Source: an uncultured Thermoplasmata archaeon (GTDB lineage Archaea; Thermoplasmatota; Thermoplasmata; UBA10834). Taken from it: DNA of 64,000 nucleotides. Below, one piece after another: positions 38,463-48,769 of the stretch. Below the pieces are notes generated by a model. It was not told the origin of the DNA and searched no databases. It was given only the letters and a program-made list of their open reading frames with translations. The translations under genes and the position numbers were made by a program. Positions within the stretch are counted from its first letter, which is position 1. Every line of letters starts with the position of its first letter. The DNA lies in the NCBI GenBank assembly GCA_963719945.1, contig CAVRDX010000001.1:1-64000 (forward strand), written 5' to 3'.

Positions 38463-41400
38463 ATGAGAAGTTCTGTAGACACCCTAAAGCAAGAGAAGCC
38501 CTCCGGTTCGTTCGAGCATCGGCTCTCACTGTTGGAAGCCTACCCAGGACGCGTATCCGTGGTCCGCGAGGACCGCACAGTTGTCTTCATGAGCAAAGCC
38601 CTGCGGGATTCATACGGCGATCTTGTGGGCAAGAAGTGTTACGAGACCGCGCTCGGATCCGGGGACGTGTGCAAAGGCTGCCCCGTTGCGCAGAACTGGG
38701 AACCGTCCAATTTCCCGCATTCTCGCACGGCGAATGAGCCGGACGGGACGGTATACGAGCTGACCACTACCAGATACGAGGACGACGAGACTGGTGAGGT
38801 GTACTATTTCTCATTCGAGCGCGACATAACTGTGCAGGTGGAACAGGATCGATATCTGAAGAGCCTCGCTGCATCGCTCGATCAGATGGCAGAAGCGGTC
38901 GCGGTAGCCGATGCGGACGGACACATTGTCTATTCCAATAAATTCTTCGAGACTGTAACGGGGTACAGCAGAGATAGGCTCTCGAAACTCAACATCATGA
39001 CGATGGAGGAGCACATCGAACCCGAGGCCCTGATGCGTCAGATACTCAAGGACTCGTTGGAGAGCGGTTGGTCTGGAGAGATGACCATTAACCGAGACGG
39101 CAGTGGCCCGTCCATCATCCATGTCGAGACCAAACCTGTCAAGACCCCCGAAGGAACCGCAATCGGCATAGTGGGGCTATTCAGGGACATCACGAGGGAA
39201 CGGTCCGAGAAGGTCGAGCTAGAGAAGTACAAATCGCAGCTCGAGAAGAAGATGGAGGCCAGGACCGCAGAGCTTGCAAGACGGGTCAACCAGCTCACGA
39301 CCATCAACAAGATCAGCCGAGTGGTGACATCGATTATGGACCCACACGACCTGATGAAGGAGTTCGTCAAGTCTATTGCCAGCGGCTTCGGGTACCAACA
39401 TGTCGTCATCATGATGATGGACAAGGATCGAGGCGAACTGCACTTCAATGCGGGCGACGGCTCCAAGATCCGACAGGTCCACCGGGACATCACGATCAAG
39501 CTCAAGGAAGGCATAATCGGTCATGCCGCTTTCTTCGGGGAGACGCTGGTGACTGGGGACGTCGATGCGGACCCTCGCTATGTGAGCAAAGACATCAGCG
39601 CTACAAAATCCGAACTGGCCATCCCTATCGTTTTCAGAGGCGATCTCATAGGTGTATTGGATATCCAGAGCGATGCCAAGGATGCGTTCACCAGGAACGA
39701 TGTCACATTGCTGGAGATGCTCGCCGATATCCTCGCCACCGCCATAATCAACGCTCGGACATTCACGGAATCCAAGGAGAGAGAGCAGGCGCTTACAATT
39801 CTTGACAGGATCAGCAAACAGATCTCCTTCAGGAGGGAGCCTGCAGTGATCCTCGACCAGGTCGCCAGAGATGCCGCAGCACTGCTGAAGGGCGAAAAGG
39901 CTCTGGTGGGTCTGAAAGAGGAGGGGACAGGGTACCTGCGATGGTTGGCATCGTTCAATGTCGAGAAGTCTTTGATTGACAAGCTCGAATTCAACTCGGA
40001 CCGTGGAGTGACCGGGCGAGCAATGTCGAGGATGAAGACCGAAGTTGTGAACAATTATCTGCTAGACTCGGACGCGCGCCCCAGAGACGCGGAGCTGTTC
40101 AATATCAAGTCTATCGTATCCGCGCCTTTGATCATCCAAGGACGTGGCATCGGCGTGATCAATGTATACAACAAACTGGACGGTGCCAAGTTCACGAAGG
40201 GCGATGCGTTGTTCTTGTCCTCGCTCGCGGACCATGCGGCGATTGCCCTTGAGAACTCCAACCTGCTGACCTCCCTGAACCAGAGGGTGCGGTCTCAACT
40301 GGCGCTCCTCGAGACCGCCTTCCTCATGCAGAGGCAGATCGATTCGAGCGGGATATATGAATACGTCGCGGAGAAGCTCCGCGAAGTCATATGGTATGAT
40401 GCCCTCACATTCTATCGACTGGACAGCGAAAAGGAGCTGGTTGTGCCAGTCCTCGCGATAGGACCGTATACGGACGAGGTGATGTCTGATATATTCCCAA
40501 TCGGAGTCGGCGTTACAGGCCAAGTCGCTCAGACCGGCAAGGCCGAGGTCATCAATGATGCCATCTCCGATACCCGCGCAGTCCAGGTCGAGGGCACACC
40601 CCTGGATGAGGAGGCCATCATGGCCATCCCGCTGAAGGGCCGCGAACGCGTGATCGGCGTGCTGACGGTGTATAGGCAGGGGGGCAAACATTTCACTTCA
40701 TCAGAATTCGAGATCGCTCAGCTATTCGCCAACCAAGCCACTGTGGCGGTCGAGAACGCCGAACTGTACAAGAAGGAAGAGACTCTGCTGGATGAGAGCA
40801 AGAAGAAGATCGCGCAGATGTCCAGCGTGCTTGAGCTGACGACATCCGTGATGTACATGGACAGCCTAGACACCCTCCTGCGAAGACTGGCGAAGGCGAC
40901 CGTCCGGTCGTTCGGATTCAAGAGAGCGTCCGTGTCCCTGCTCGAGCCGGACAAGAATGTGTTCGTGAACTGCGCCTTGGCAGGTTACCCTGAATGGGTG
41001 TCGGTGGGCGAACACATGCCTGCAGAGGATGTCCTCGAGGACATGAAGGACGAGTTCCGCGTGGGTGAAACCAGTTATTACGTGCCCTACGAGAAGCAGG
41101 TGTATGGCATAGAGAAGTTTGACTTCATCGCACATCCCGAACTCGCATCGAAACCTCGCGAATCAGAAGATGCCTGGCACGAGAGAGATATCCTCATGCT
41201 CGCTCTGAAGGATCGAAGCGGTCGGCTCATCGGCTATATGCTCGTTGACGAGCCGATGGATATGAAGGTTCCCCGGAAGGAGCAGATCGAATTCCTCGAG
41301 ATATTGTCTGGGATCGCGTCGATTGCAGTGGAGAATTCCAGACTGTTCGAGAAGCAGGTATTTGCTGTCAATGAGATCGCTTTGTTGAACGATCTGATGA

Positions 41401-42071
41401 CCCACGACATCAACAACTTCAACCAGGGCATCATGGGCTATATCGAGTTGTTGCTCCAGGACAAGCGGCTGGACGATGGCCAGCGCAGATATGCCGATAA
41501 AGCGTTGGTGCAGGTGAGGAACAACGCTCGCATCATAGACAACATACGCAAGTTGTCCAAGGTCCGGGCGATGTCCGATAAGGACTTCGTGCAGTGGGAT
41601 CTATACACTCCTATCTCCAGCGCAATAGATGCCTTGAATAAATCGTTCTCCGACCGGAAAGTGACGGTGGCGTCATCGGTTCCGAAGGGCGAGCATTATG
41701 TGATGGCTAATCAATATATTGCCGACCTGTTCCAGAACATCATATCGAATGCTATCAAGTTCGACAGTGCGAAATCAGTCCATGTCGATGTCATGGTATC
41801 GGATGCGACCGATGCGCAAGGGGCTTTCTGGGTAGTATCGGTCATCGATAGAGGCCGTGGGATCCCGGACGAGCGCAAGAAGACCGTGTTCGAGAGGTTC
41901 GCCACGGGCATGACCGGTGTGAAAGGGTTCGGGCTCGGCCTATCGATCGTGAGTACGGTCGTGGAAAAGTTCCAGGGTAGTATATGGGTAGAGGACAGGG
42001 TCCCCGGGAATTTCTCAAATGGCACGGTCTTCAAGATCAAGCTCCCAAAGGCTCGGCCTCCGGAGAAGTGA
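38463..42071 (+). CDS. Soluble PAS-PAS-multi-GAF sensor histidine kinase
   Basis: PAS folds, repeated GAF motifs, H-box THDINN, N-box NIISNAIKF, DRGRGI, GFGLGL; no TM segments evident. Confidence 0.92.
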   Translation: MRSSVDTLKQEKPSGSFEHRLSLLEAYPGRVSVVREDRTVVFMSKALRDSYGDLVGKKCYETALGSGDVCKGCPVAQNWEPSNFPHSRTANEPDGTVYELTTTRYEDDETGEVYYFSFERDITVQVEQDRYLKSLAASLDQMAEAVAVADADGHIVYSNKFFETVTGYSRDRLSKLNIMTMEEHIEPEALMRQILKDSLESGWSGEMTINRDGSGPSIIHVETKPVKTPEGTAIGIVGLFRDITRERSEKVELEKYKSQLEKKMEARTAELARRVNQLTTINKISRVVTSIMDPHDLMKEFVKSIASGFGYQHVVIMMMDKDRGELHFNAGDGSKIRQVHRDITIKLKEGIIGHAAFFGETLVTGDVDADPRYVSKDISATKSELAIPIVFRGDLIGVLDIQSDAKDAFTRNDVTLLEMLADILATAIINARTFTESKEREQALTILDRISKQISFRREPAVILDQVARDAAALLKGEKALVGLKEEGTGYLRWLASFNVEKSLIDKLEFNSDRGVTGRAMSRMKTEVVNNYLLDSDARPRDAELFNIKSIVSAPLIIQGRGIGVINVYNKLDGAKFTKGDALFLSSLADHAAIALENSNLLTSLNQRVRSQLALLETAFLMQRQIDSSGIYEYVAEKLREVIWYDALTFYRLDSEKELVVPVLAIGPYTDEVMSDIFPIGVGVTGQVAQTGKAEVINDAISDTRAVQVEGTPLDEEAIMAIPLKGRERVIGVLTVYRQGGKHFTSSEFEIAQLFANQATVAVENAELYKKEETLLDESKKKIAQMSSVLELTTSVMYMDSLDTLLRRLAKATVRSFGFKRASVSLLEPDKNVFVNCALAGYPEWVSVGEHMPAEDVLEDMKDEFRVGETSYYVPYEKQVYGIEKFDFIAHPELASKPRESEDAWHERDILMLALKDRSGRLIGYMLVDEPMDMKVPRKEQIEFLEILSGIASIAVENSRLFEKQVFAVNEIALLNDLMTHDINNFNQGIMGYIELLLQDKRLDDGQRRYADKALVQVRNNARIIDNIRKLSKVRAMSDKDFVQWDLYTPISSAIDALNKSFSDRKVTVASSVPKGEHYVMANQYIADLFQNIISNAIKFDSAKSVHVDVMVSDATDAQGAFWVVSVIDRGRGIPDERKKTVFERFATGMTGVKGFGLGLSIVSTVVEKFQGSIWVEDRVPGNFSNGTVFKIKLPKARPPEK

Positions 42072-42093
42072 AATCGCGTGGCTGGGTCCCGAT

Positions 42094-43704
42094 CTACTTC
42101 TTCCTCTTCTTCGAGAACTCCAGGGCTGCTTTGACCAGACCGAAATGCATGGGCGCCGGTTTCTGAGGTCTCGACTTGAACTCCGGGTGGAACTGGGAGC
42201 CCATGAAGAATGGATGTCCATCGAGCTCGAATATCTCCATCCTCTTGCTATCGGGAGACCTTCCAGTGTACTTGAGCCCGCTCTCCTGTATTCTGTCGAT
42301 GTAGTGCGGGTTGACCTCGTACCTATGCCGGTGTCTCTCCGAGATCTCGTTCGACCCATACAGTTTCTCGGCGTTCGACCCCTTCTCGATCACGATCGTT
42401 TGCGCTCCCAATCTCATGGTAGCGCCCTTCCTGGTCACATTCTTCTGCTCGGGCAGGATGTCTATCACTGGATGTGATGTGTGTGAGTCGAACTCCGTGC
42501 TGTTCGCGTCGTGCATCTGAAGGACGTTCCTCGAGAACTCGACAGTGGCGAGCTGGAATCCGAGGCAAACCCCCAGGAACGGAACGTTGTTCGTCCTGGC
42601 GTGCTTGATCGCCTCCATCTTGCCCTCGGCACCCCTCGACCCGAACCCTCCAGGTATGAGAACGCCATCTGCATCTTCCAGAAGCTTCTTGGGGTTGTCC
42701 TTCTCGATATCCTCTGCTTCGAGTCTGATGAATGTGACTTTCGTATCGAGTTCCGCCCCTGCATGTGCCAGAGCCTCGTAATGGCTCATGTACGAATCGT
42801 ATTGGTCCATGTACTTCCCCACGAGCGCGATCTTGACCTCGTGCTTGGGGTTCATCACCTTGTTCAGGAACTTCTTCCAGTCCTTCAGCCCGTCCTTTGG
42901 GACGTCGATGTTCATCCGCTTCATGAGATAATCTGGAAGTCCCTGTTCCTCCAGGAATATCGGGACCTGATAGATCGATTTCGCATCGGGGGCGCTTACG
43001 ACGGCTTCCAATGGGACATCGCAGAACAGTGCTATCTTCTTCCTCGCGCTGTCCTCGAGCGGCCTTTCGCACCTCGCGACGATCACATCGGGCTGTATCC
43101 CGAGTCCTCTGAGCTCTCTGACCGAATGCTGGGTCGGCTTGGTCTTCTGCTCCTTCAGCGCTCCAAGCGCGGGAACGAGTGTGGTATGTACGAACAGAAT
43201 GTGCTCGTGTCCCATCTCGGAGTGCATCTGCCTCATAGCTTCCAGAAACGGCATGGACTCGATATCACCGACCGTGCCCCCGAGCTCGACTATGACCACG
43301 TCGGCACCGGACTTGATCCCGACATTGGATATCATCGATTTGATCTCGTTCGTAATATGGGGGATTATCTGCACGGTCTTCCCCAGGAAGTGCCCATCCC
43401 TCTCCTTCTCGATCACATTGCCATAGACCTTACCTGTGGTCATGACATGATCGCTGGTGAGGCTAGAATCCATGAAACGTTCGTAATTGCCGAGGTCGAG
43501 GTCAGCTTCCCCCCCATCATCAAGGACGAAGACTTCTCCATGTTCGAACGGGTTGAGTGTTCCCGCATCGGAGTTGAGGTATGGGTCGATCTTCATTGCG
43601 GTGACATTGACACCCCGTGCCCTCAGAACACATCCGATGGACGACGATGTGATGCCCTTTCCAAGGCCTGACAAAACTCCGCCCGTGACAATAATACACT
43701 TCAT
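42094..43704 (-). CDS. pyrG: CTP synthase
   Basis: GGVLSGLGKG, KTKPTQ, GVCLG, RHRHRYE, QFHPEF. Confidence 0.98.
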   Translation of the reverse strand: MKCIIVTGGVLSGLGKGITSSSIGCVLRARGVNVTAMKIDPYLNSDAGTLNPFEHGEVFVLDDGGEADLDLGNYERFMDSSLTSDHVMTTGKVYGNVIEKERDGHFLGKTVQIIPHITNEIKSMISNVGIKSGADVVIVELGGTVGDIESMPFLEAMRQMHSEMGHEHILFVHTTLVPALGALKEQKTKPTQHSVRELRGLGIQPDVIVARCERPLEDSARKKIALFCDVPLEAVVSAPDAKSIYQVPIFLEEQGLPDYLMKRMNIDVPKDGLKDWKKFLNKVMNPKHEVKIALVGKYMDQYDSYMSHYEALAHAGAELDTKVTFIRLEAEDIEKDNPKKLLEDADGVLIPGGFGSRGAEGKMEAIKHARTNNVPFLGVCLGFQLATVEFSRNVLQMHDANSTEFDSHTSHPVIDILPEQKNVTRKGATMRLGAQTIVIEKGSNAEKLYGSNEISERHRHRYEVNPHYIDRIQESGLKYTGRSPDSKRMEIFELDGHPFFMGSQFHPEFKSRPQKPAPMHFGLVKAALEFSKKRKK

Positions 43705-43856
43705 CTTAATTCACGGGATACGGAGAACAGTTCGGACCAACTTAAAGATTTGCTACAACCTCCAATGGAGTCACCAGGCATATCTGCCCTTGGAATGTGA
43801 TTGCTTCGTACAGGTGGCACCTATCACGTGCATCTTCATTGACCGATGGATCAGGC

Positions 43857-44369
43857 TCAGTTCATCCGTTTCATTAGATCCTCGAGGGCACCTGTGACCA
43901 CAGCGATTGCTTTCGCGACCGGCTGGGAGACCTCTCCGCGGAACTCGATGGTGCCAGGTTGTATGCCTATGACTGCGACCCTCTTGCCCTCCTTGGCCAA
44001 CAAAGCCGACAGCAGTGCGACCGCGACTCTGTGCGTCGTGATCTCCCTGTCCTGTATCTCCTCTCTCATGATCACGCGAATGGTTCCTGGCTCGGCCTTG
44101 AGCCCCGCGGCGTCCACGAAGAATATGGTCGCATCCTCGTGCTTCTCTGAGATGTCCAGGGCAGTGCCCTCTACTCCATCGTGTTCAGAAAATGAATAGG
44201 TTGGAAAGAGTTTCTTCAAGGCCTCGGCCACGAGCACGCCCGCACCGTCATCGGCCTTGTCCGTATACCCCAGGCCTAGGACGTAGATCCGCCCTTTGCC
44301 CGCGATATCCGCGAGACAACGCCTCAGATCCTCTTCAGATTCACAAGGTGTGTCGCGCAGCTTATGCAT
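43857..44369 (-). CDS. Hydrogenase maturation endopeptidase
   Basis: VLGLG...DDGAG, FVDA, TTH; follows the large subunit; start uncertain (46-nt overlap). Confidence 0.85.
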   Translation of the reverse strand: MHKLRDTPCESEEDLRRCLADIAGKGRIYVLGLGYTDKADDGAGVLVAEALKKLFPTYSFSEHDGVEGTALDISEKHEDATIFFVDAAGLKAEPGTIRVIMREEIQDREITTHRVAVALLSALLAKEGKRVAVIGIQPGTIEFRGEVSQPVAKAIAVVTGALEDLMKRMN

Positions 44370-45616
44370 GGGTCGTACGCCCTCGCTACCATTTCAAGGC
44401 CAAGTCGGACCTCGGCATCGCTCTTGTCATCTGCGAGCATCCTCTCGGCCGTGAGCTTCATGTGCATCTCGATGTCGTCGAGGTTCTGAGCCGTGGGTGT
44501 GATGATGTCCGCGACATCGATCAACCCATCCTTGATCTCGTAGTGGTGGTAGAGCGTACCGCGTGGAGCTTCGACCGCTCCGGTGCCGGATCCAGTCTGC
44601 CTCGTGGGTTGTTCAATCGCTGGGTCGTCCAGCGCAGCGACCTTGTCGCATGCTTCTGGAAGGTGCTCCACCGACCACAACAACTCGATGGCCTGCGCGA
44701 GGTTGTTGTACAATGGGTTCGTGAGCCATCTGTCGTTGAAGTGCTCCTTGAAGAGGTCGCCGGCCTGTCCGTCGAGCCTCTTGCCCATGTTGACCATCCT
44801 TGCGTTCGCACCGACCGTGAATGTCTTCTCGTTGAACTTCGATCTCTTGGCGAATGAGTGCGGGACTATGCGCTCGTTTGTGAGCTTCTTGTAATCCTCT
44901 GCACTCGTCTCCTTGCCGTTAGAGATGAGGATCGTGTCGCCGTAGAATCCATACTTCTTATTCGGCGCGTTCACGGACATGAACACCATCTTATCGGATT
45001 CCGGGTACTTTGGATACTCGACCGCGGTTGCGAACAGCTCGACCGCTCGGGCTGCATCTGGGACCAGTTCACGGGACCTCAGCTTGATCTCCTCGAGGGC
45101 CTTCTTGCTCGGATACTTGCCGAAGCCTCCAAGGATCGGGTTCTCGCCGTGGACTATTCTTCCGCTCGTGACCTCCATGACATGGTTGCCGAACTTCTTC
45201 AGACGCAGCGCACGCTTGACATCGTCCCCGAAATCGTTCAACATCGCGATCGCGGACGGATATCCGAGGAAGTCGGGAAGTGCCAGCATGAATGTGTGGA
45301 GCGAGTTGCTCTCGACGTTCTCTCCGAGCATCATGAGCTCCCTCGTGAGCTGAGCCTTCTCGGGCGGCGTTATGCCTAGCGCCTTCTCAAGGCCGCGGAT
45401 CGCGGCGAACTTGTGAGAGAGGGTGCATATCGCGCATATCCTCGGTACCACGTTCAGATCGTCAGCCGGGGTCATGCCGCGGACCAGCTGCTCTATGAGC
45501 CTCGGACCCTCGTGCACATCCAATGTGACGCTCTTGACCTTCTTGCCATCGAGCGTGACGGTTATGCCACCGTCTCCCTCGACCCTTGCGAGTGCTGGAA
45601 CGTTAAGCTCCTTCAT
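44324..45616 (-). CDS. hydA: Group 3b [NiFe]-hydrogenase (sulfhydrogenase) large subunit alpha
   Basis: RVEG, L1 RICAIC, EAPRG, L2 DPCISCATH with cleavable tail. Confidence 0.93.
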   Translation of the reverse strand: MKELNVPALARVEGDGGITVTLDGKKVKSVTLDVHEGPRLIEQLVRGMTPADDLNVVPRICAICTLSHKFAAIRGLEKALGITPPEKAQLTRELMMLGENVESNSLHTFMLALPDFLGYPSAIAMLNDFGDDVKRALRLKKFGNHVMEVTSGRIVHGENPILGGFGKYPSKKALEEIKLRSRELVPDAARAVELFATAVEYPKYPESDKMVFMSVNAPNKKYGFYGDTILISNGKETSAEDYKKLTNERIVPHSFAKRSKFNEKTFTVGANARMVNMGKRLDGQAGDLFKEHFNDRWLTNPLYNNLAQAIELLWSVEHLPEACDKVAALDDPAIEQPTRQTGSGTGAVEAPRGTLYHHYEIKDGLIDVADIITPTAQNLDDIEMHMKLTAERMLADDKSDAEVRLGLEMVARAYDPCISCATHLVNLKRI

Positions 45617-46410
45617 TTCTTAGCCCCCTTCTTCTTCTCGAGGTCCTTGACAAGCTCGACGACACCAGATCCTCCGAACTTCCTGATCTTCTTGATGATC
45701 TCGTCCGGATCGTACCCCTTCTCCTTGAGCAGGTTGTACTCCGATGTCACATTCAGATCGTCGGTGGGTCCCCAGCAGCCAACGCATGGCAGGTTGTGAG
45801 ACGGACATACCGCGCCGCAGCCTCCCTTGGTGAGTGGGCCTGCGCAGAACTTGCCATTGTTGAGCAGACAGATGTTCTCCTTCCACTTGCACTCCAGACA
45901 TACAGGAGACTTCAGTAGGTACGGGTGTCTGCCAGCGACGAGCTTGGATACTGATTTCAGGAACTCCATCTTGTCGATCGGGCATCCCGGGATCTTCATG
46001 TCCACCTTGACGAATGCGTCCAGTGGCTGCGCCTCGAACGCCTTGGATATGGTGATCTTTGCGTTGCCGTAGACCTTCTTGTAGCGTTCCTCGTAGCTAC
46101 CTTCACCGAGCTTCATGGCCTGGGGTCCACCCCAGCAGGCGCATGTGCCGATCGCGATGAGGATCTTGGCGCGCTCTCTGATCTCCTTCAGGTGCTTCAG
46201 TTGCGCCTCTGTGGATATCGATCCCTCGACGAGCGCGACATCCAGCTCGCCCTCGTGATTGTCGCTCTTCGCCATCACGAACGAGCGTATCTCGGTCGCG
46301 CCGAATAGGTCCACCAGTTGATCCTCGCAGTTGAGTATCATAAGTTGGTCGCCTGCGCAACCGGTGAAGCCGTATACTCCAATCTTAGGCGATGATTTTG
46401 TCACTGACAC
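45613..46410 (-). CDS. hydD: Group 3b hydrogenase small subunit delta
   Basis: GCAGD, VEGS, GTCA, PGCP, CLECK...C...CAGP...C...CP...CVGC. Confidence 0.9.
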   Translation of the reverse strand: MSVTKSSPKIGVYGFTGCAGDQLMILNCEDQLVDLFGATEIRSFVMAKSDNHEGELDVALVEGSISTEAQLKHLKEIRERAKILIAIGTCACWGGPQAMKLGEGSYEERYKKVYGNAKITISKAFEAQPLDAFVKVDMKIPGCPIDKMEFLKSVSKLVAGRHPYLLKSPVCLECKWKENICLLNNGKFCAGPLTKGGCGAVCPSHNLPCVGCWGPTDDLNVTSEYNLLKEKGYDPDEIIKKIRKFGGSGVVELVKDLEKKKGAKK

Positions 46411-47287
46411 CCCTCCCTATGAGCTCCTTCATGTGGAGCACGTCCCAGTAGGTGAATATAGGACCGTCGATGCAAGTGTACAGATATTCTATGGCACAGT
46501 GCCCGCACTTGCCGACCCCGCACTTCATCCTCCTCTCTAGGGTCATCACGATCTGGTGCTTCGGTATACCGAGCTTCACCAGGTTTTCCATCACGAACTT
46601 GTACATGACTGGCGGACCGCACACCGCCGCGTATGTGTTCTTCGCGTCGACCGGTCCTAGGTCCTTGAACAGAGTCGTGATCAGTCCGACCTTCTCGGTC
46701 CACTTGCCCGTGTCGTCCTTGTCCACGGTCAAGAGACAGTTCAGGTCCTCCCGCTCCTTCAGCTGGAAGAACTCATCCCTGAAGAGCATCTCTCCCGGGT
46801 TCTTCGCGCCGTGCAGGTAGGTCACCTTGCCGAACTTGTCCCTGTTGTCCAGGATGTAAAGGAGCAGCGACCTCAACGGAGCGACTCCCATGCCTCCCGC
46901 GACGATCATTATGTCCTTGCCTTCCATCTTTTCGATGGGGAAGGTGTTCCCGTAAGGTCCTCTTATCCCGATCGTCTGGTTCTCCTTCAGTCCGAAGAGG
47001 GATTCCGTCAGGGTTCCCGTCTTCCTTATGCAGAACTCCAGGAGCCCCGGTCTCGACGGCGTGGACGATATGCAGAACGGTGCCTCACCCTCTCCAGGAA
47101 CGGAGAGCATGACGAACTGCCCTGGAAGATAACTCATCTTCAACGCCTCGTCCACATCAACGGGCCTCACCTGGAAGAAATTCACATCGCTGGTCAACGG
47201 GTACTTGCGGACGATCCTCCACATGTCCGGCTGGTAGGGGTTCTCATCTACCTCCCTGTCGTCCAGCACTACGCACAGTCTCTTCAC
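46385..47287 (-). CDS. hydG: Group 3b hydrogenase FAD/NAD(P)-binding subunit gamma
   Basis: PGQF, RGPYG, AGGMG, CGPPVM, MKCGVGKCGHC. Confidence 0.92.
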   Translation of the reverse strand: MKRLCVVLDDREVDENPYQPDMWRIVRKYPLTSDVNFFQVRPVDVDEALKMSYLPGQFVMLSVPGEGEAPFCISSTPSRPGLLEFCIRKTGTLTESLFGLKENQTIGIRGPYGNTFPIEKMEGKDIMIVAGGMGVAPLRSLLLYILDNRDKFGKVTYLHGAKNPGEMLFRDEFFQLKEREDLNCLLTVDKDDTGKWTEKVGLITTLFKDLGPVDAKNTYAAVCGPPVMYKFVMENLVKLGIPKHQIVMTLERRMKCGVGKCGHCAIEYLYTCIDGPIFTYWDVLHMKELIGRGVSDKIIA

Positions 47288-48309
47288 TTGCCCACCTCCT
47301 GTTCCTTCAACGCCTGCGAAACGGTCTCGACATTGATGTCGACCGGGCAGGTCGAGACGCATCTTCCGCAGCCAACGCAGGCCGGCTTCCCGAACTCGCC
47401 GATGTATGCCTGCAGCTTGTGAGTGTACCAGAGCCTCAGTCTGTCGGCTCTCTTGTCCCTGAAGTTGTGCCCGCCCGCGACGAGCGAGTACTCCCTGAAC
47501 ATGCAGCTGTCCCAGGATCTCTCCCTGGTGCCCTCCACGGTCCCCAGCTCTACCTCGTCAACCACGTTGAAGCAGTTGCAGGTCGGACAGACCATGGAGC
47601 ACTGTCCGCATGACAGGCATTTCTCTCCCAGCTCCTCCCATATCGGGCTGCTGTAGGCGAGCTCGAATATGTCTGGCATGCCGGTGAAATCCACCTTCGC
47701 CTTGAACTGGGAGTTCTTCCACTTCCTGTACTCGGTGTAATTGAGGATGTCGTTCTTGTCCAGGTCCCTGCTGAACAGCTCGGGCCTCATCCTGATGAGA
47801 TCGTGGCCCCTGCTTGAGCCGACCCAGACCAGGTAGAACATCTTGAGGTCCGTGAAGAACAGATCGAAGCCCTCGGCGACGAAATCAGTGTTCGTCGCGA
47901 AGCACATGCACTTCTCATCCGGGATGCAGCTGTGACCCATGAGTATGGTCTTCTCCCTGCGCTCGGCGTAATACGGGTCCTTGTAGGTCTCCAGGAAGAG
48001 CTTGTCCATGATCAATATCCCGTGCACGTCGCATGGGTGCAGACCGAACAGAATCTTCTTCGAGACATCGCCCGTCCTCTCGACGAACCCTTCCTCGTCA
48101 AAGTCGAACATAGTGAACTTTGGCGGGTATAGGAACTTCTTCGGCGGGATGACCGTCCTGGTCGCCTTCAGATCCATTTGGGAGAGCGATTCGACCTTCG
48201 CGTAGGTGGTCTTGCCTCCCTTGCTCGCAGGACCCCATAGCTCTCCCCATTCCTTGGCGCTCTCGAGGAAAGCGGGAAGGTCCTCTTTCTTCATCTTCAA
48301 AATCATCAT
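47284..48309 (-). CDS. hydB: Group 3b hydrogenase Fe-S subunit beta
   Basis: CLSCGQCSMVCPTCNCF, WDSC, CVGCGRCVSTCP. Confidence 0.92.
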   Translation of the reverse strand: MMILKMKKEDLPAFLESAKEWGELWGPASKGGKTTYAKVESLSQMDLKATRTVIPPKKFLYPPKFTMFDFDEEGFVERTGDVSKKILFGLHPCDVHGILIMDKLFLETYKDPYYAERREKTILMGHSCIPDEKCMCFATNTDFVAEGFDLFFTDLKMFYLVWVGSSRGHDLIRMRPELFSRDLDKNDILNYTEYRKWKNSQFKAKVDFTGMPDIFELAYSSPIWEELGEKCLSCGQCSMVCPTCNCFNVVDEVELGTVEGTRERSWDSCMFREYSLVAGGHNFRDKRADRLRLWYTHKLQAYIGEFGKPACVGCGRCVSTCPVDINVETVSQALKEQEVGK

Positions 48310-48769
48310 GGTATCTCTTCCCTAGCTTGGAGTATCACCCTATTTCCACACAGGCGCAGACAAAAGGATGCCAGACCTGCGGATAAACCGTGTGATTGGA
48401 GGTATCGAGCCGTGGTATAAAAACATTCGGAACTTCTATCGAAGATGTGTTGTCGATTATAGAAAAACGTTTCAAAAGTCTTGTCGTTCGTGAGGGGTCT
48501 TTCGATGGTTTTCCAAATGATCACCCTCCGCAGGCGATTCTGCCATGCAATTGACGTGGCTTCGGTTCGACCATCCGCTGAACACTAGCGAACAATCGGA
48601 TCCTATCAATGAACGAGGGAACGCAGGTGATTCAAGTGCGTCTGTCTGCACGCGTCTTAGTCACGGGATTTCTCCCTTCCCTGCCCATTTTGTTAGTATT
48701 TATATATATGAGACCTGACAATGCCTTTTATGCATCTTAGACCCCCGTCTAAGGTCGCAAGGAAGGGAT

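Noticed and set aside
44324-48309. Selenocysteine or pyrrolysine readthrough in the hydrogenase genes
   Set aside because: All four ORFs are open, and L2 has ordinary Cys codons (DPCISC); no in-frame TGA or TAG is needed.
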